Translations under genes and position numbers: made by a program
Virus record (IMG/VR): IMGVR_UViG_3300045988_074841
Direction: 5' to 3' (one strand)
DNA: 64,000 nt
Source of the DNA: a virus
The notes under the pieces: generated by a model
What the model saw: only the letters and a program-made list of their open reading frames with translations
Database searches by the model: none
Told to the model about the DNA's origin: nothing
Part shown: piece after piece, positions 28,219 through 38,981 of the stretch
Layout of the letters: the number at the start of each line of letters is the position of its first letter
Position numbering within the stretch: the stretch's first letter is position 1

Positions 28219-28226
28219 TGTTATAT

Positions 28227-29426
28227 TTACTTTTGAATGTCCACTAATTTACAATGAAAAGGCACGTTCTTTACACCCGACCTTTCACGAAACTCACAAG
28301 TTGCAAGTTTACCAATAAAATCTTCTTTATGTTTAAGAATATATTCTTGTCTTGAATGGTCAAAATTACCAGTAGCTTCAAATAGTTCATCATTGATGTC
28401 ATTTTTAAGAACAAACTTACAAAGTGTAGTTCTAACTCCTTCAGGAACAACATCAATAATTTTAAACTTAGCATCATCAACTCGTTTATATTTAAGCATA
28501 GCTAAATTACGAGCACCAAATTGATAAGCAGAATCAACATCACGAATAATAAGACCTTCAAAACCAAGACTTATAAATTTATCTCTAAATCTTGTAGCAT
28601 CATCAATATTACTAATAACTACATCTGGTAATAATACAAGTTTACTCTTGTTATTAAGATGCTGTTCATAAGTATCAAAAGTATAACATAGTCTACTTAT
28701 GTTATCATTCTTAAACTTACGTCTAGCTTCATAACTCATATTATCAATAGCAATATCATAACACCAATACTGAAGAAGTAGATGTTGAGGAAGTTTTTCA
28801 TTCTTAACAAAACTATTAATATCATTTACTTTATAACCAGGAATATAAAGTTCACCATCAAGGCAAGCTCCTTCTTCAATCATAGCATCAAGTAAATCAT
28901 CTTTAATAGCTGGAAGAATTACTTCATCCATCCAAGTAAGTTTAGGAGTCCAATCAGTACCTTCTCTAGAACGATAAGTAAGTCTAACAGGATTAAACAT
29001 ATCATTAGTTTGTTCAGCACCAACAATACATCTAACTCCATTAATTTTATATTGACCTAAGTAACTACGTTTATCAAAAGGTTTATTATCTTTAAGTACT
29101 TTTGCAAGCATTGGAAGAACAAAACCTTCATCAGTAGTATTATTCTTTGGAAGATAAGTATTAAGATAATTAATTAAACTAACATAATCAGGAAAACTTT
29201 CAGGAGCATTATCTTTAAGCTCAGAAACTTCTTTATATCCTTCTTTACGTTTAGCTTTAATACGAGACTCAATCTCATTACCTTTAACTAACTTTCTAGC
29301 AACTTCTTCATCGTGAACAGTAGCTCCAGCTACTAAACCATATTTCAAAGATATGTTACCATTAGGAAGTTCAGATATATCCCAAAATTGAGGTTCGCCT
29401 TTAGCGTTTCTTTTATATAGTCTCAT
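28227..29426 (-). CDS. ATP-dependent DNA ligase (nucleotidyltransferase superfamily)
   Basis: Motif I KINGVR (KxDGxR type with N), motif IV FEGLIIRD and motif V LKYKRVDD occur in the canonical order. Confidence 0.55.
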   Translation of the reverse strand: MRLYKRNAKGEPQFWDISELPNGNISLKYGLVAGATVHDEEVARKLVKGNEIESRIKAKRKEGYKEVSELKDNAPESFPDYVSLINYLNTYLPKNNTTDEGFVLPMLAKVLKDNKPFDKRSYLGQYKINGVRCIVGAEQTNDMFNPVRLTYRSREGTDWTPKLTWMDEVILPAIKDDLLDAMIEEGACLDGELYIPGYKVNDINSFVKNEKLPQHLLLQYWCYDIAIDNMSYEARRKFKNDNISRLCYTFDTYEQHLNNKSKLVLLPDVVISNIDDATRFRDKFISLGFEGLIIRDVDSAYQFGARNLAMLKYKRVDDAKFKIIDVVPEGVRTTLCKFVLKNDINDELFEATGNFDHSRQEYILKHKEDFIGKLATCEFRERSGVKNVPFHCKLVDIQK

Positions 29427-29920
29427 ATATTAATTTTAAGTTTACTAATAAGTTTAGCTCTAGCTTGAGCATTTAACTGAGCAGCACTTTGAGTTTTCTC
29501 TTTCTTAGGTTTTTCAAAACCATCAAGAGTTCCTTCTTTAGCTTTCTTTTTAGTAGTACGAGTAGTCTTCTTTAAACCTTTCTTCTTGTCATATATGATA
29601 GGAGGATTATCTTCTTCATATTTAAGATTACGTTTATGTAAAGCTACAAGTTTAGAAACATATTCGTCTCTTTTATTTTCATCAATCCACCCTTGTTCAA
29701 GAGCATAATTAATTCCATACAGAGTACGACTAACTTCATATTGATAAGGAGTACCAATAGTTTGCATCATTCTCATATCATCTTTAATACGAGAACAATC
29801 AAGACGAACACAAGCTTTAGCAACAAATTCATCAGCACCACAAGTACTAATATCTTTGATAGCCATAACTTTAACTTGTTCATCTATTACCATAGTATAA
29901 GCTTTTGGAAATCTTACCAT
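29423..29920 (-). CDS. hypothetical protein, Lys-rich C-terminus (165 aa)
   Basis: ORF. Confidence 0.4.
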   Translation of the reverse strand: MVRFPKAYTMVIDEQVKVMAIKDISTCGADEFVAKACVRLDCSRIKDDMRMMQTIGTPYQYEVSRTLYGINYALEQGWIDENKRDEYVSKLVALHKRNLKYEEDNPPIIYDKKKGLKKTTRTTKKKAKEGTLDGFEKPKKEKTQSAAQLNAQARAKLISKLKINI

Positions 29921-30390
29921 TGTTTAGCTATTAATCTGAATATTACAACTTTATCTGGTTTACCTAGACGACCATGAGCATATTGAGCCATAGCACCAAT
30001 ATCATCAGTTTCTCTAGTTTGATACATTTTTGTAGGAGTTTTACAAGTATGAGTATCATAATCGTAATTAAGAGGAATATGAACAACATCTTTAAAAGGA
30101 ATTAATTCGTTTAAAGCATCATAATCTTCAGTACCATCATGAAAATCTACTTCTCCATACGAAAATATATTGTCTTTATCAAGATCAAAAGTAATACCAC
30201 CTCTAGTTATAGAAATAGCTCTACCTTTATCAAGTAGAGCTTCTTCTTTGTCACTTATCCAAGTCATAAGAATACGAGTTTGTGATTTTATTTTATTACC
30301 AGCTTTCTCAGTATGGCAAATCACAGTCTGATAATCTTTTGAAATAGGCATCGGTATTACTCTTATCTTTTCTGTATCGGATTTCGACAT
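29914..30390 (-). CDS. hypothetical protein (158 aa; real start may be an internal Met)
   Basis: ORF overlapping the primase-like gene by 83 nt. Confidence 0.35.
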   Translation of the reverse strand: MSKSDTEKIRVIPMPISKDYQTVICHTEKAGNKIKSQTRILMTWISDKEEALLDKGRAISITRGGITFDLDKDNIFSYGEVDFHDGTEDYDALNELIPFKDVVHIPLNYDYDTHTCKTPTKMYQTRETDDIGAMAQYAHGRLGKPDKVVIFRLIAKQW

Positions 30391-31534
30391 ATCTAATAGT
30401 TTCTTTAATAAAAGTATCTATTTCATCATTATTGAATTTATCATGTAAATCAGCAAAATCTTTACACTCATAATTCTCAAGTCCAAATTCTCCACGAGTA
30501 ATAAAAAGATAAGGAATGCCATAAGTTTCCAAAAGATAATCAGCACCATCACGTCCAGTCCTATCAAAATCTAGAAGACTAACAATCATACCTTCATTAT
30601 TAAGTCTTTTTCTAAGCCAAGTATATTCATTAGCTTTAAGTCTATAATTTTCACTAGGAAGATTAACAACTCCAATATTAAGAGTTTTTCCATCCGCCCC
30701 GTAGAAGATATGTTTGCTTAGATGACTACCTAAACTTAATCTATCTTTACTAGACTTAGTTATAATAATATAATCATAATCTTCTCTTTCTAGATTAGGA
30801 AGACCTTCAAGTACATTACAATTAGTTACAAACTTTAATTCCTTAGTTCTATCACGTAATGGAAAATATAGTTTAATAAGATATACTCCAGATTTATTAC
30901 GACCAAGCATATAAGCATAACAAGGGTCATTTTTAGCATCTTTATATTTAGGAGTAGGATTAGTTACTCTATCAATATAATATTGTTCAACTGGAATAAC
31001 AAAATGAGTATTAAGATAATTCAAATCTACATTTAATTTAGCCCATATAGCTTTATCTTGACGATTCCAACTACGAGGAACAATTTCAATAATAGCTTTT
31101 TTCTTACGAGCTTTAACGAGAGCATTCTTTATAGATTCGTCTACATCATAATCATTAATACGATTATCTATTTGATATGAAAACGTTCTATAAATATGAC
31201 TTAGTACAAAATAAAAATCTTGTTTATTATTTGTACTAATCGGTCTTTCATATACAATACTTAGTACGTAAGCTACTACACCATACACATCATTAAAAAA
31301 ACCAGCACCGCCAAAATCACGAACTTTAAGTCTACCCTTGGCATTGTATGCAATACCCATACTACCATCAGTATCATCATCACGAAATACAGAAGTAATA
31401 AGATGATTATGTTCAACACAATCTCTAACTACTTCTAATGGTATATCTAAGTATTTACTTACAATTTCTTCTTGACTTACTCTAGATTCTATAAAAGCTT
31501 TTGTAAGTTTACTTGTGTTAGCATTACGTTTCAT
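30308..31534 (-). CDS. DNA primase-like protein (TOPRIM-type acidic motifs)
   Basis: YIIITKSSKDRLSLG and LLDFDRTGRDGADYL resemble TOPRIM E...DxD motifs. Location is within the replication module. Confidence 0.35.
   Translation of the reverse strand: MKRNANTSKLTKAFIESRVSQEEIVSKYLDIPLEVVRDCVEHNHLITSVFRDDDTDGSMGIAYNAKGRLKVRDFGGAGFFNDVYGVVAYVLSIVYERPISTNNKQDFYFVLSHIYRTFSYQIDNRINDYDVDESIKNALVKARKKKAIIEIVPRSWNRQDKAIWAKLNVDLNYLNTHFVIPVEQYYIDRVTNPTPKYKDAKNDPCYAYMLGRNKSGVYLIKLYFPLRDRTKELKFVTNCNVLEGLPNLEREDYDYIIITKSSKDRLSLGSHLSKHIFYGADGKTLNIGVVNLPSENYRLKANEYTWLRKRLNNEGMIVSLLDFDRTGRDGADYLLETYGIPYLFITRGEFGLENYECKDFADLHDKFNNDEIDTFIKETIRYVEIRYRKDKSNTDAYFKRLSDCDLPY
30694..30710 (-). repeat. GC-rich motif copy CCGCCCCGTAGAAGATA inside primase-like gene (different frame: IFYGADG)
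   Basis: direct reading of sequence. Confidence 0.8.
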
Positions 31535-31644
31535 ATTGATAAAAAATTAGGGGCAACAACAGTATTACTACCATCGTTACCCCTTAGAACATTAAACTTT
31601 AGTTGAGAATAAGTAGGCAAAGAGATAACTCTTCACTTGTCTAC

Positions 31645-32622
31645 TTAGAATGGAAGGTCATCTGTAGCAGTTGGATCAAATCCGGCACCAGTAGGAGCAC
31701 CACCAGCAAACTCACCACCAACAGGAGGAACTACAGCACCACTAGTCATACCAGGCATACCAGGAATACCAGGAACACCAACAGTAGGAGTCTTATTAGT
31801 CTGCTTAGGAGTAATACTTTCCTTAACCTTATCGATAGCAAGAATAACAGGAGGAAGAATCTTTCCTTCCTTCATCTTAACTAGCTCAATAGCACCAGAA
31901 CCAACAAATGAAGTAAACTGCAAATCTTTGCTCTTATCAACATCTACCCAATCACCTTTACGATTACGAGTAGCACGAAGCAACTTAATCCAACAAGAAA
32001 TAGGTTTACCATTGCCATCCTTAAAGCAAGGCTTAGGAGTAGCACCATCAGCAAGATTAAATTGTCCATTAAGCATAGCAGCAACATTCTCAAAGATATG
32101 ACGATAACCATTAAGAACATCCTGTGCATCTACTGCATTGTACTCCAAATTACCATTCTCATCTTCAGTGTAATCTTCAAATGTAAGAGTAAGAGCATCT
32201 TCCTCTTCAACAGTAAGTTCACGACCTTTAAGATAGAATACATCAAGAAGATGCTTTGTCCAATTAAGAAGAGCATCTACTTGCCAAGCATTCTTACCAC
32301 CAGGAATAGTATCAACATTACTCTCAACTGGGAAGAAAGTCTTAGTAACATAACGACGTTCCTTAATATTCTCATGGTTACTAGCAAAAGTAACCACAAG
32401 ACGAGGCATTTTAAGACCAGCAAAAGAATTACCTTCTCCACTTTGAGACCACTCTACACTTACAGAATCAAGATGAGCCATAAATAAACCATTAGCTGGA
32501 CTAGCATCTTTCTCGTGAAATTTAAGACGAGCAGCAGCTACTGTGTTATTACTAATACCTCTACGATTCTTCTTTGCAGCACCATTTGCAACTGCTGCTG
32601 CTTCTTTTGTTACATCTGTCAT
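31645..32622 (-). CDS. ssb: single-stranded DNA-binding protein
   Basis: A Gly/Pro-rich flexible linker ends in the acidic tip TDDLPF, which matches the bacterial/phage SSB C-terminal DDDIPF. Codon usage suggests high expression. Confidence 0.6.
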   Translation of the reverse strand: MTDVTKEAAAVANGAAKKNRRGISNNTVAAARLKFHEKDASPANGLFMAHLDSVSVEWSQSGEGNSFAGLKMPRLVVTFASNHENIKERRYVTKTFFPVESNVDTIPGGKNAWQVDALLNWTKHLLDVFYLKGRELTVEEEDALTLTFEDYTEDENGNLEYNAVDAQDVLNGYRHIFENVAAMLNGQFNLADGATPKPCFKDGNGKPISCWIKLLRATRNRKGDWVDVDKSKDLQFTSFVGSGAIELVKMKEGKILPPVILAIDKVKESITPKQTNKTPTVGVPGIPGMPGMTSGAVVPPVGGEFAGGAPTGAGFDPTATDDLPF

Positions 32623-32726
32623 AACTTAATTAAGTTTTAAACGTTTATATTAATTGATTAAAAAAGGGAACTGATTTGCTCAGTCCCCTATAATAAAAGC
32701 GAATGAATATCTAATGAATGAACTAA

Positions 32727-33542
32727 TTACTCAGCAGATTCAGCAGCCTTATTAGCAGCTACACGAGCAGGCTTCTCATCAGTATACTCACCGAGTGGAT
32801 AATAGATAACATCAACAATCTTATGACCATCGTTGAACTTACCTGTCTCACCATTCTTAATATCAACAGAGAATACACGCTTCAAAGCAGTCTTATCTTC
32901 CATATCAGCTTTAAGCTGCTCCCAGTTGTTTGTATCAGAGAAGTTAAGCTTCAGACCAGTACCAACTGCATTACCACTAGCAGCAAGCTTACAACCACTG
33001 AATGCCTGAGTCTGTGGACTCTGCATTTCATCAACTGTATAATGCTCCTTAATCTCATCAGCTGTAGCATTCTCATTAAGGTTGTAAGCAGCAATGAGCT
33101 GAGCACGATTAGCAGCAATGATAGCATCAACATTCTCATCATAGAGCTTCTTCTTCTCTTCCTTAGTAAGACGAACAGCTACAGTAGCTTCTGAACCATC
33201 CTTCTTAAACATAGGAACACCCTTAGCAATATACCAAACAGTAAGAGACTTAATACAAGCTTCTACACCCTCAGAAGTCTCAAGGTCGAAACCATTGTTC
33301 TTAGCATACTCCAACAAATCAGCATTTTCCTTAGCCATTACAAGTGCTTCAACATCAGCGATGTTATTAGCAAACATAATGTTATCACCAGCCTGCAAAC
33401 CAAGAGCCTTAGATACAGAACCTGTGATAGCAAAACCACCCTTAGTAGTAGCAACAATAAGCTGAGGTTCAGCATTAACTACACTACTCTTAACACCACT
33501 TGCAACTGCTGAAATACCGAATGATAAACCGTTAATCTTCAT
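32727..33542 (-). CDS. hypothetical protein (271 aa), Ala-rich, likely highly expressed
   Basis: ORF adjacent to ssb with similar codon bias. Confidence 0.45.
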   Translation of the reverse strand: MKINGLSFGISAVASGVKSSVVNAEPQLIVATTKGGFAITGSVSKALGLQAGDNIMFANNIADVEALVMAKENADLLEYAKNNGFDLETSEGVEACIKSLTVWYIAKGVPMFKKDGSEATVAVRLTKEEKKKLYDENVDAIIAANRAQLIAAYNLNENATADEIKEHYTVDEMQSPQTQAFSGCKLAASGNAVGTGLKLNFSDTNNWEQLKADMEDKTALKRVFSVDIKNGETGKFNDGHKIVDVIYYPLGEYTDEKPARVAANKAAESAE

Positions 33543-33612
33543 AATTTTAAATATTTAAATTGTTAATAAAATAATTATATAGTATAATACTATTTACACA
33601 CTAAATTGTTCC

Positions 33613-34545
33613 TTACTCTGGAGAAACTTTACCATTAGAAATTTCTTCAATATTTACAAAGTCTTCATCATTAGGAACTGAATTGGCAAAGACTTCGGAT
33701 AATTCATCGTCTGACATAACACCCATAAGAATATCACTAGCTATATCACGAGCACCATACATAAAGGCACGATGACCAATCATAATACGAGTATATTTCT
33801 TAAAAGTATCTTTAGTAAATAAGTCAGCCGTATTAGCTTCTGTATAAGAGAAATGACCTACAGCATGAGTTTCAACTACTTTACCATATATTCTCTTAAA
33901 CCTAGTAAACTTATATTCAGTAACATAATCTGTAGGAGTAGCCTGAGTTCTAATAACAGGAAACTTACCTTCTTGAGCTACTTTCATAGCTTGGGGTAGA
34001 TTAATGCACTTAATACATTGTTCGTTAATTTGAAATTCGTTGTATACTCTACCTTTTAAATCTTTATAATATTTAAGAGGATAAACACCAACTATTTCAT
34101 CGTCTGTTTTACTTTCAGCTTCTGCTTTGGTACGACATTTAACACAATACTGTGGAAGTAGTGTCTCATCATAAACATTATTGCCATCAGTATACTTATA
34201 CTGAGGTACATAATCTTTAGTAGTTTCCCAGACTATACCTGCCCTTGACAACAACGCTTTGACGATATGAACATCAACACCGGTTTTACCATTAATTACA
34301 TGGATATGTTCTATACAAGTACTAAAAGGTAATCTTAAATCTTGTGCTCTCATAAGAATAGCAAGACCTTCATTTACACTCTTAACACCGCCTTTTTCTG
34401 TAGCAATAATCTTCTTTAGAAATACTTCTGCATTAGCAAGTTGTTTCTCATCAAGAAGATTTAGAACATGAATACCAGTATTAACATCATCTTGTCTAAT
34501 AATCAAACTACGATTGCTACCATTTTCATCTTTAGTATCATTCAT
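33613..34545 (-). CDS. hypothetical protein (310 aa), possible single-strand annealing/recombination protein
   Basis: ORF. The functional guess rests only on weak resemblance and context. Confidence 0.3.
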   Translation of the reverse strand: MNDTKDENGSNRSLIIRQDDVNTGIHVLNLLDEKQLANAEVFLKKIIATEKGGVKSVNEGLAILMRAQDLRLPFSTCIEHIHVINGKTGVDVHIVKALLSRAGIVWETTKDYVPQYKYTDGNNVYDETLLPQYCVKCRTKAEAESKTDDEIVGVYPLKYYKDLKGRVYNEFQINEQCIKCINLPQAMKVAQEGKFPVIRTQATPTDYVTEYKFTRFKRIYGKVVETHAVGHFSYTEANTADLFTKDTFKKYTRIMIGHRAFMYGARDIASDILMGVMSDDELSEVFANSVPNDEDFVNIEEISNGKVSPE

Positions 34546-34605
34546 TATTTCAAAGAGCTTATTAGTTCGTTTTCTAATTTCTGCTGCAAAGATAAGAACT
34601 TTTTC

Positions 34606-36021
34606 TTAATCAACAATACAATAATCATTATTATTATCAACTTTAACATTTCTATCAAAATCGTTAATTATTGTATGATTAGCTGGAACAGTCCTATCTT
34701 CTAGTTTTTTCTCCTCTAACGTGCTTTTATAGAATAAGGTATATAATAGTACCTCATTACTGAAATGAACCTTAGAAAGCCTATAGAAATAGCTCTCAAT
34801 AGTATCACATAGCGGAGAAGTGATTATAACCAAATCAATATCAACATCTAAAGACTTATCAGGCGACGCACCACAAGAAATTACATTTATCTTATGACTA
34901 TTCATAAGTTTCTGTGCAAGTTTCTTTTGAGCAATAACACCTAGAAGTTTAGGTTGACCTTTCTTTGGACCACTCTTTATAAGAATAGGATTTCCATAAT
35001 CATCTACAGCAGGAACATTATCTACTTTATCATGGCAATTAGCACAAATTCTTTTACCAAATTTATCATTAAGATAATCAGTAACAAGATTAGCAAATTC
35101 ACCATACTTGTTTATAATGAGTATATTCTTGTCTAAATTATCATTGACTATATCTAAGATATTACTAAGTTTATCTTTAGAACTAGCAAGTTTAGTACTA
35201 CGTTCTCTAATAATATTATAAATACTATCAGCACGTTCTTTAATAGCAGAAGGACTATACAGTTTATCTATGTCTCTATTAAATTCTGAAGACATATCTA
35301 AATGATTATCCCAACCATTAGTACGAGCAATAGCATCACATATCATCATACTAGAACAATTAGTAGCACTATTTCCCAATCTAGCATACTTGATATTATC
35401 AAAGTTACCAAATATAGCTAGAGCAGTAGAAATTTCCCTATTATAATAAGTCATTTCTTTATCTAATTCAGTATCAGGTGTTATAGTTAATCCTACCAAA
35501 CACTCTTTTACGGGGCGGTTAGTTCTAACTTCATCAATAACATTTTGACTAAAATTACCAATACTAGGAGCAACAGTATAGAAATCATCCATAGTTTTAT
35601 TATCTAGTAGTTTACTAAGAATTACTAGATTAAACTTAGACTTTTCTATCATAGCTATATGTACAAAATGAAATATACTAGGATTATAAATTATAGTCAG
35701 TAAAGGACTATAATCATTAATATGTTCAGCAGCATATTCAGTAGTTAAAATCCTAAGACTTCCATTATGCATTACAGTACGAAAAGAATTATTCCATACT
35801 TCATTATTCAAAGTAGTTAGATAACTTTCAATACTACTTCTATCTGCAAAATCTTTCACAATAATAACAACACTAGTCGTAGGAGACTTATTGTAAAGTT
35901 GTGGAAGAATATAAAGCAGAGGTCTTAGAGCATCAAAAGGAGCAGGTATTACAAAAGTACCTATTCCTTTATTTAATCTCCAAGCATCAACAGCATTTAA
36001 ATAAACTTGTTCTTCTGTCAT
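34606..36021 (-). CDS. hypothetical protein (471 aa)
   Basis: ORF with start/stop overlap with polB. No Walker A motif found. Confidence 0.45.
   Translation of the reverse strand: MTEEQVYLNAVDAWRLNKGIGTFVIPAPFDALRPLLYILPQLYNKSPTTSVVIIVKDFADRSSIESYLTTLNNEVWNNSFRTVMHNGSLRILTTEYAAEHINDYSPLLTIIYNPSIFHFVHIAMIEKSKFNLVILSKLLDNKTMDDFYTVAPSIGNFSQNVIDEVRTNRPVKECLVGLTITPDTELDKEMTYYNREISTALAIFGNFDNIKYARLGNSATNCSSMMICDAIARTNGWDNHLDMSSEFNRDIDKLYSPSAIKERADSIYNIIRERSTKLASSKDKLSNILDIVNDNLDKNILIINKYGEFANLVTDYLNDKFGKRICANCHDKVDNVPAVDDYGNPILIKSGPKKGQPKLLGVIAQKKLAQKLMNSHKINVISCGASPDKSLDVDIDLVIITSPLCDTIESYFYRLSKVHFSNEVLLYTLFYKSTLEEKKLEDRTVPANHTIINDFDRNVKVDNNNDYCIVD
35503..35518 (+). repeat. GC-rich motif variant CTCTTTTACGGGGCGG inside - strand gene 34606..36021 (NRPVKEC)
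   Basis: direct reading of sequence. Confidence 0.7.
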
Positions 36022-38291
36022 TATTCTTCTTCATTATCAAATAAACTATTATACATACCAAAGTTCTTCTTTAATAGAGCTTTTCCAGTAAGAGTTTTAT
36101 TCTTTACATTACCTTTCTGATTAGGACTTATTCCAAGCTTAATAGGATTAATAATCTTATAAGCTTCTTCATAATAATAAGCATAATCTATATTACGCTC
36201 ACTAATATCTTTATCATCAAGTAAATTAAGAATTTGAACTGGCTTTCCACTAGCTAGTACACTACGTTTACCAGTAAGTTTATGCTCTTTCATAATCACA
36301 ACTCCTCTAGTAGATACATAGAAACGAACATGAGGTTGACTACGAACTTCAACACGTTTTCCATCTACTACTTTTTCATAAACAACTTCAAATTGTTTAC
36401 CAACATTTTGAGTTTTACAAAAATCAAGAATATCTTTATGATTACGAAGAGTTTCCATTACAGATATACCATGAGCAAAGTACTCAAATACAGCAGTAGC
36501 TACAATAGGCATATCATAACCTTTCTTTAAGTCTTTAATATACTGCTTTGGGTCAAGAGCACCTTTATACTCAAGTTTATTGTTACTTTGAATATCAAAA
36601 TAGTTATTCACATTAAGACTAACAAGCATCTTATAATGTTCATCATCAGCAGACATTTTATTAGTCTCATTCCATTCCTTACAAATTTGATTATAAACAT
36701 CAATTTTATCATAAGGAAGTTTTATAACGATACCATCTGTATTAGCACTAACAACATGTATTCCAGCAAGTTCAAGAGATTCACAAAGAGTCATTGTCAT
36801 TAACTGACCATTAATAGTAACTCTCATTTGTGCAAGTCTATCATAAAGCCAATAATTTTCATAACCATATTTACCATAAATAGCATTGATTACAATCTTT
36901 AATGCTTCAGCTGCTAGACTATTATGTACACCAGGAACTACAAAACCATCTTCATCCTTAGTATGTTTACACTTAACACGCGTCTGTTTAAAGTAATCTA
37001 CCATGTTTACAAACACCTTAGTATTAAGATGTTCAGGTACTACTTCATAGCTAATCATTATACTTGGATAGTAGGATGTATAATCATGATGAACATAAAC
37101 ATATTTATCAGTACTTTTAAACACTACAGGCTTATCTTGAGTATGAATACCTCCAGTAGCTAGAGTATATGTTGTACCATAAAAATCTATTTCACGTACA
37201 AAACTATCTTTATTAGTTCTATATATTACAACTTTCTTCATTTCTTCAAGTAAGTCTTGAAGTTGTTTAGTCTTAAATTTAATATGAGGAAATATAATAC
37301 GTTTAAACGATAAAGCAGTTCTTTGAGTACGAAGATTTTTAAAAGCATCTTCTTTAAGTCCACTACGTTCAGAATAAAACTTATTAAGAAGTTTATCAGC
37401 AATATTACTTCTAGCACTACATAGAAGATTAAGTTTAAAAGCATGACCTAGACTATATCTAAGTTTAATCTCATCAGGCTTTTGTCTAGCTATCTCACAA
37501 ACAAGAAATACATCATTCTTATTATAATGAAGCATAGGCTTTATATATTTAGGCATAAGATACCTATCAAAGTCAGCAACAAACAAGTGATTTAATTGCT
37601 CATTAGTCATACCTTTATATTCATCTTTTTTTCTATATACATCACCTTCTTCATCATCTATTGGAGGTAGCTTAAAATCAAGAAGATTATACCATTTAAG
37701 ATTAATACTAACTTGCTTTAAACTTTTACCATACTTCTTACGTTCACCAGTATCTTTATCTACATTTACTCCAGCAGAATTAAGAGCATAAACTTTAAAC
37801 AAATCAACAGTTACATAAGGTAGTCTATACTTACGAATAACATTAAGTAGAGGGTCATTCCATAAAGCATCTTTATCATCTTGTAGAGATATTAGTTTAT
37901 CATTCACTTCTTTAAGAAATGAACAAAGTTGTTTACTAGTATCAAAACGATTCCAATACATAAGGAAAGCTCTAGTCATCATATCATCATAAGCTTGATT
38001 GTTATAGCCAAATAAATCATATCTGTCTACAGTACCATCATCTTTAGTTATAGGACGCATCTTCTCAAAGAAGTCTATCAACTCTAACATCTGTGAATCA
38101 TCTGTATCAGTAACATAAAATATCCAACTTTTTACACTATCAAGTCTAGATTTAATTTCTTCAACTGTTAAAGTATCAGTTAAAGCACCTTTACAATCTG
38201 CAAATTTATCAAGATAATCTCTAACATCTACAAAAGTAAATGAAATCATATTCTCAAATACTTCTAAGTCTACAGCTAAACTATGAATCAT
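36021..38291 (-). CDS. family B DNA polymerase
   Basis: Exo I DLE (AVDLEVFE). Pol motif A HDYTSYYPSIM (DxxSLYPS type), motif B NAIYGKYG (KxxxNSxYG type) and motif C NTDGIV (DTD type) occur in the correct order. Confidence 0.8.
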   Translation of the reverse strand: MIHSLAVDLEVFENMISFTFVDVRDYLDKFADCKGALTDTLTVEEIKSRLDSVKSWIFYVTDTDDSQMLELIDFFEKMRPITKDDGTVDRYDLFGYNNQAYDDMMTRAFLMYWNRFDTSKQLCSFLKEVNDKLISLQDDKDALWNDPLLNVIRKYRLPYVTVDLFKVYALNSAGVNVDKDTGERKKYGKSLKQVSINLKWYNLLDFKLPPIDDEEGDVYRKKDEYKGMTNEQLNHLFVADFDRYLMPKYIKPMLHYNKNDVFLVCEIARQKPDEIKLRYSLGHAFKLNLLCSARSNIADKLLNKFYSERSGLKEDAFKNLRTQRTALSFKRIIFPHIKFKTKQLQDLLEEMKKVVIYRTNKDSFVREIDFYGTTYTLATGGIHTQDKPVVFKSTDKYVYVHHDYTSYYPSIMISYEVVPEHLNTKVFVNMVDYFKQTRVKCKHTKDEDGFVVPGVHNSLAAEALKIVINAIYGKYGYENYWLYDRLAQMRVTINGQLMTMTLCESLELAGIHVVSANTDGIVIKLPYDKIDVYNQICKEWNETNKMSADDEHYKMLVSLNVNNYFDIQSNNKLEYKGALDPKQYIKDLKKGYDMPIVATAVFEYFAHGISVMETLRNHKDILDFCKTQNVGKQFEVVYEKVVDGKRVEVRSQPHVRFYVSTRGVVIMKEHKLTGKRSVLASGKPVQILNLLDDKDISERNIDYAYYYEEAYKIINPIKLGISPNQKGNVKNKTLTGKALLKKNFGMYNSLFDNEEE

Positions 38292-38850
38292 TTATTAATT
38301 TAATTATTTCCATTCCATTATAATTATTATCTTTACTAGCAGTAAGCCATTTAACTAGACGATTACGAAATTCATTATATTTATTATCATCTATAAACTT
38401 AATAAAAGGAGAGTAATTTGTACTGTAAACATAAGGGGCTATATAATATAGTTTATCTTTACCTTTAGTAATATCAAAACCAAAATTAGTAGCAGCATTA
38501 CCAAGAAGCATTATCTTCTTAATATTATTAATTCTAATATCAGCAAATGTATGAAGTATACATCTATTAGCTATATATTTATTTACAGGACAACGTTCAT
38601 CAAGCTTACAACGAATAAGAGGAACAATATAAGGGTCTAGTTGTTCTAGACCCCCCGTAGAAGATGTGATAGTTTCCTTTACTATTTCCACATACTTACT
38701 AAATGTCATTCCTCTATTCTTATAAGCATTATAATCAACATTAGGTACAACAATAATCATACCTGACATTGGATTACCAACACCATCAAGACATTTGCAC
38801 TTAGTATTAAACATACCTAAAGCACAATCATCACACACTTTAGGAATCAT
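38281..38850 (-). CDS. UDG-superfamily (family 4-like) protein
   Basis: The N-terminal Cys cluster CDDCALGMFNTKCKCLDGVGNPMSGMIIV resembles the family-4 UDG N-terminus (C..C.L...G.GNP....M.V). It contains an in-frame motif copy. Confidence 0.35.
   Translation of the reverse strand: MIPKVCDDCALGMFNTKCKCLDGVGNPMSGMIIVVPNVDYNAYKNRGMTFSKYVEIVKETITSSTGGLEQLDPYIVPLIRCKLDERCPVNKYIANRCILHTFADIRINNIKKIMLLGNAATNFGFDITKGKDKLYYIAPYVYSTNYSPFIKFIDDNKYNEFRNRLVKWLTASKDNNYNGMEIIKLINDS
38641..38669 (-). repeat. extended GC-rich motif copy (27 nt identical to 226-252) in-frame in UDG-like gene (TSSTGGLEQ)
   Basis: direct reading of sequence. Confidence 0.8.
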
Positions 38851-38981
38851 AATTACATATTATCGACGATAATAACCAAGAGCGCTTCCAGGATATTTAC
38901 TAATAGTCATAAGACTAGGAAAGTTACACCATTTTCAATACGCTTACGAGCTTTAATTTTATCACTTCTTTTCATAATTAA

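Noticed and set aside
36021-38291. Intein or intron interrupting the family-B DNA polymerase, or a separate exonuclease gene
   Set aside because: Exo I and Pol motifs A, B and C occur in a single frame in canonical order and spacing; no insertion is evident.
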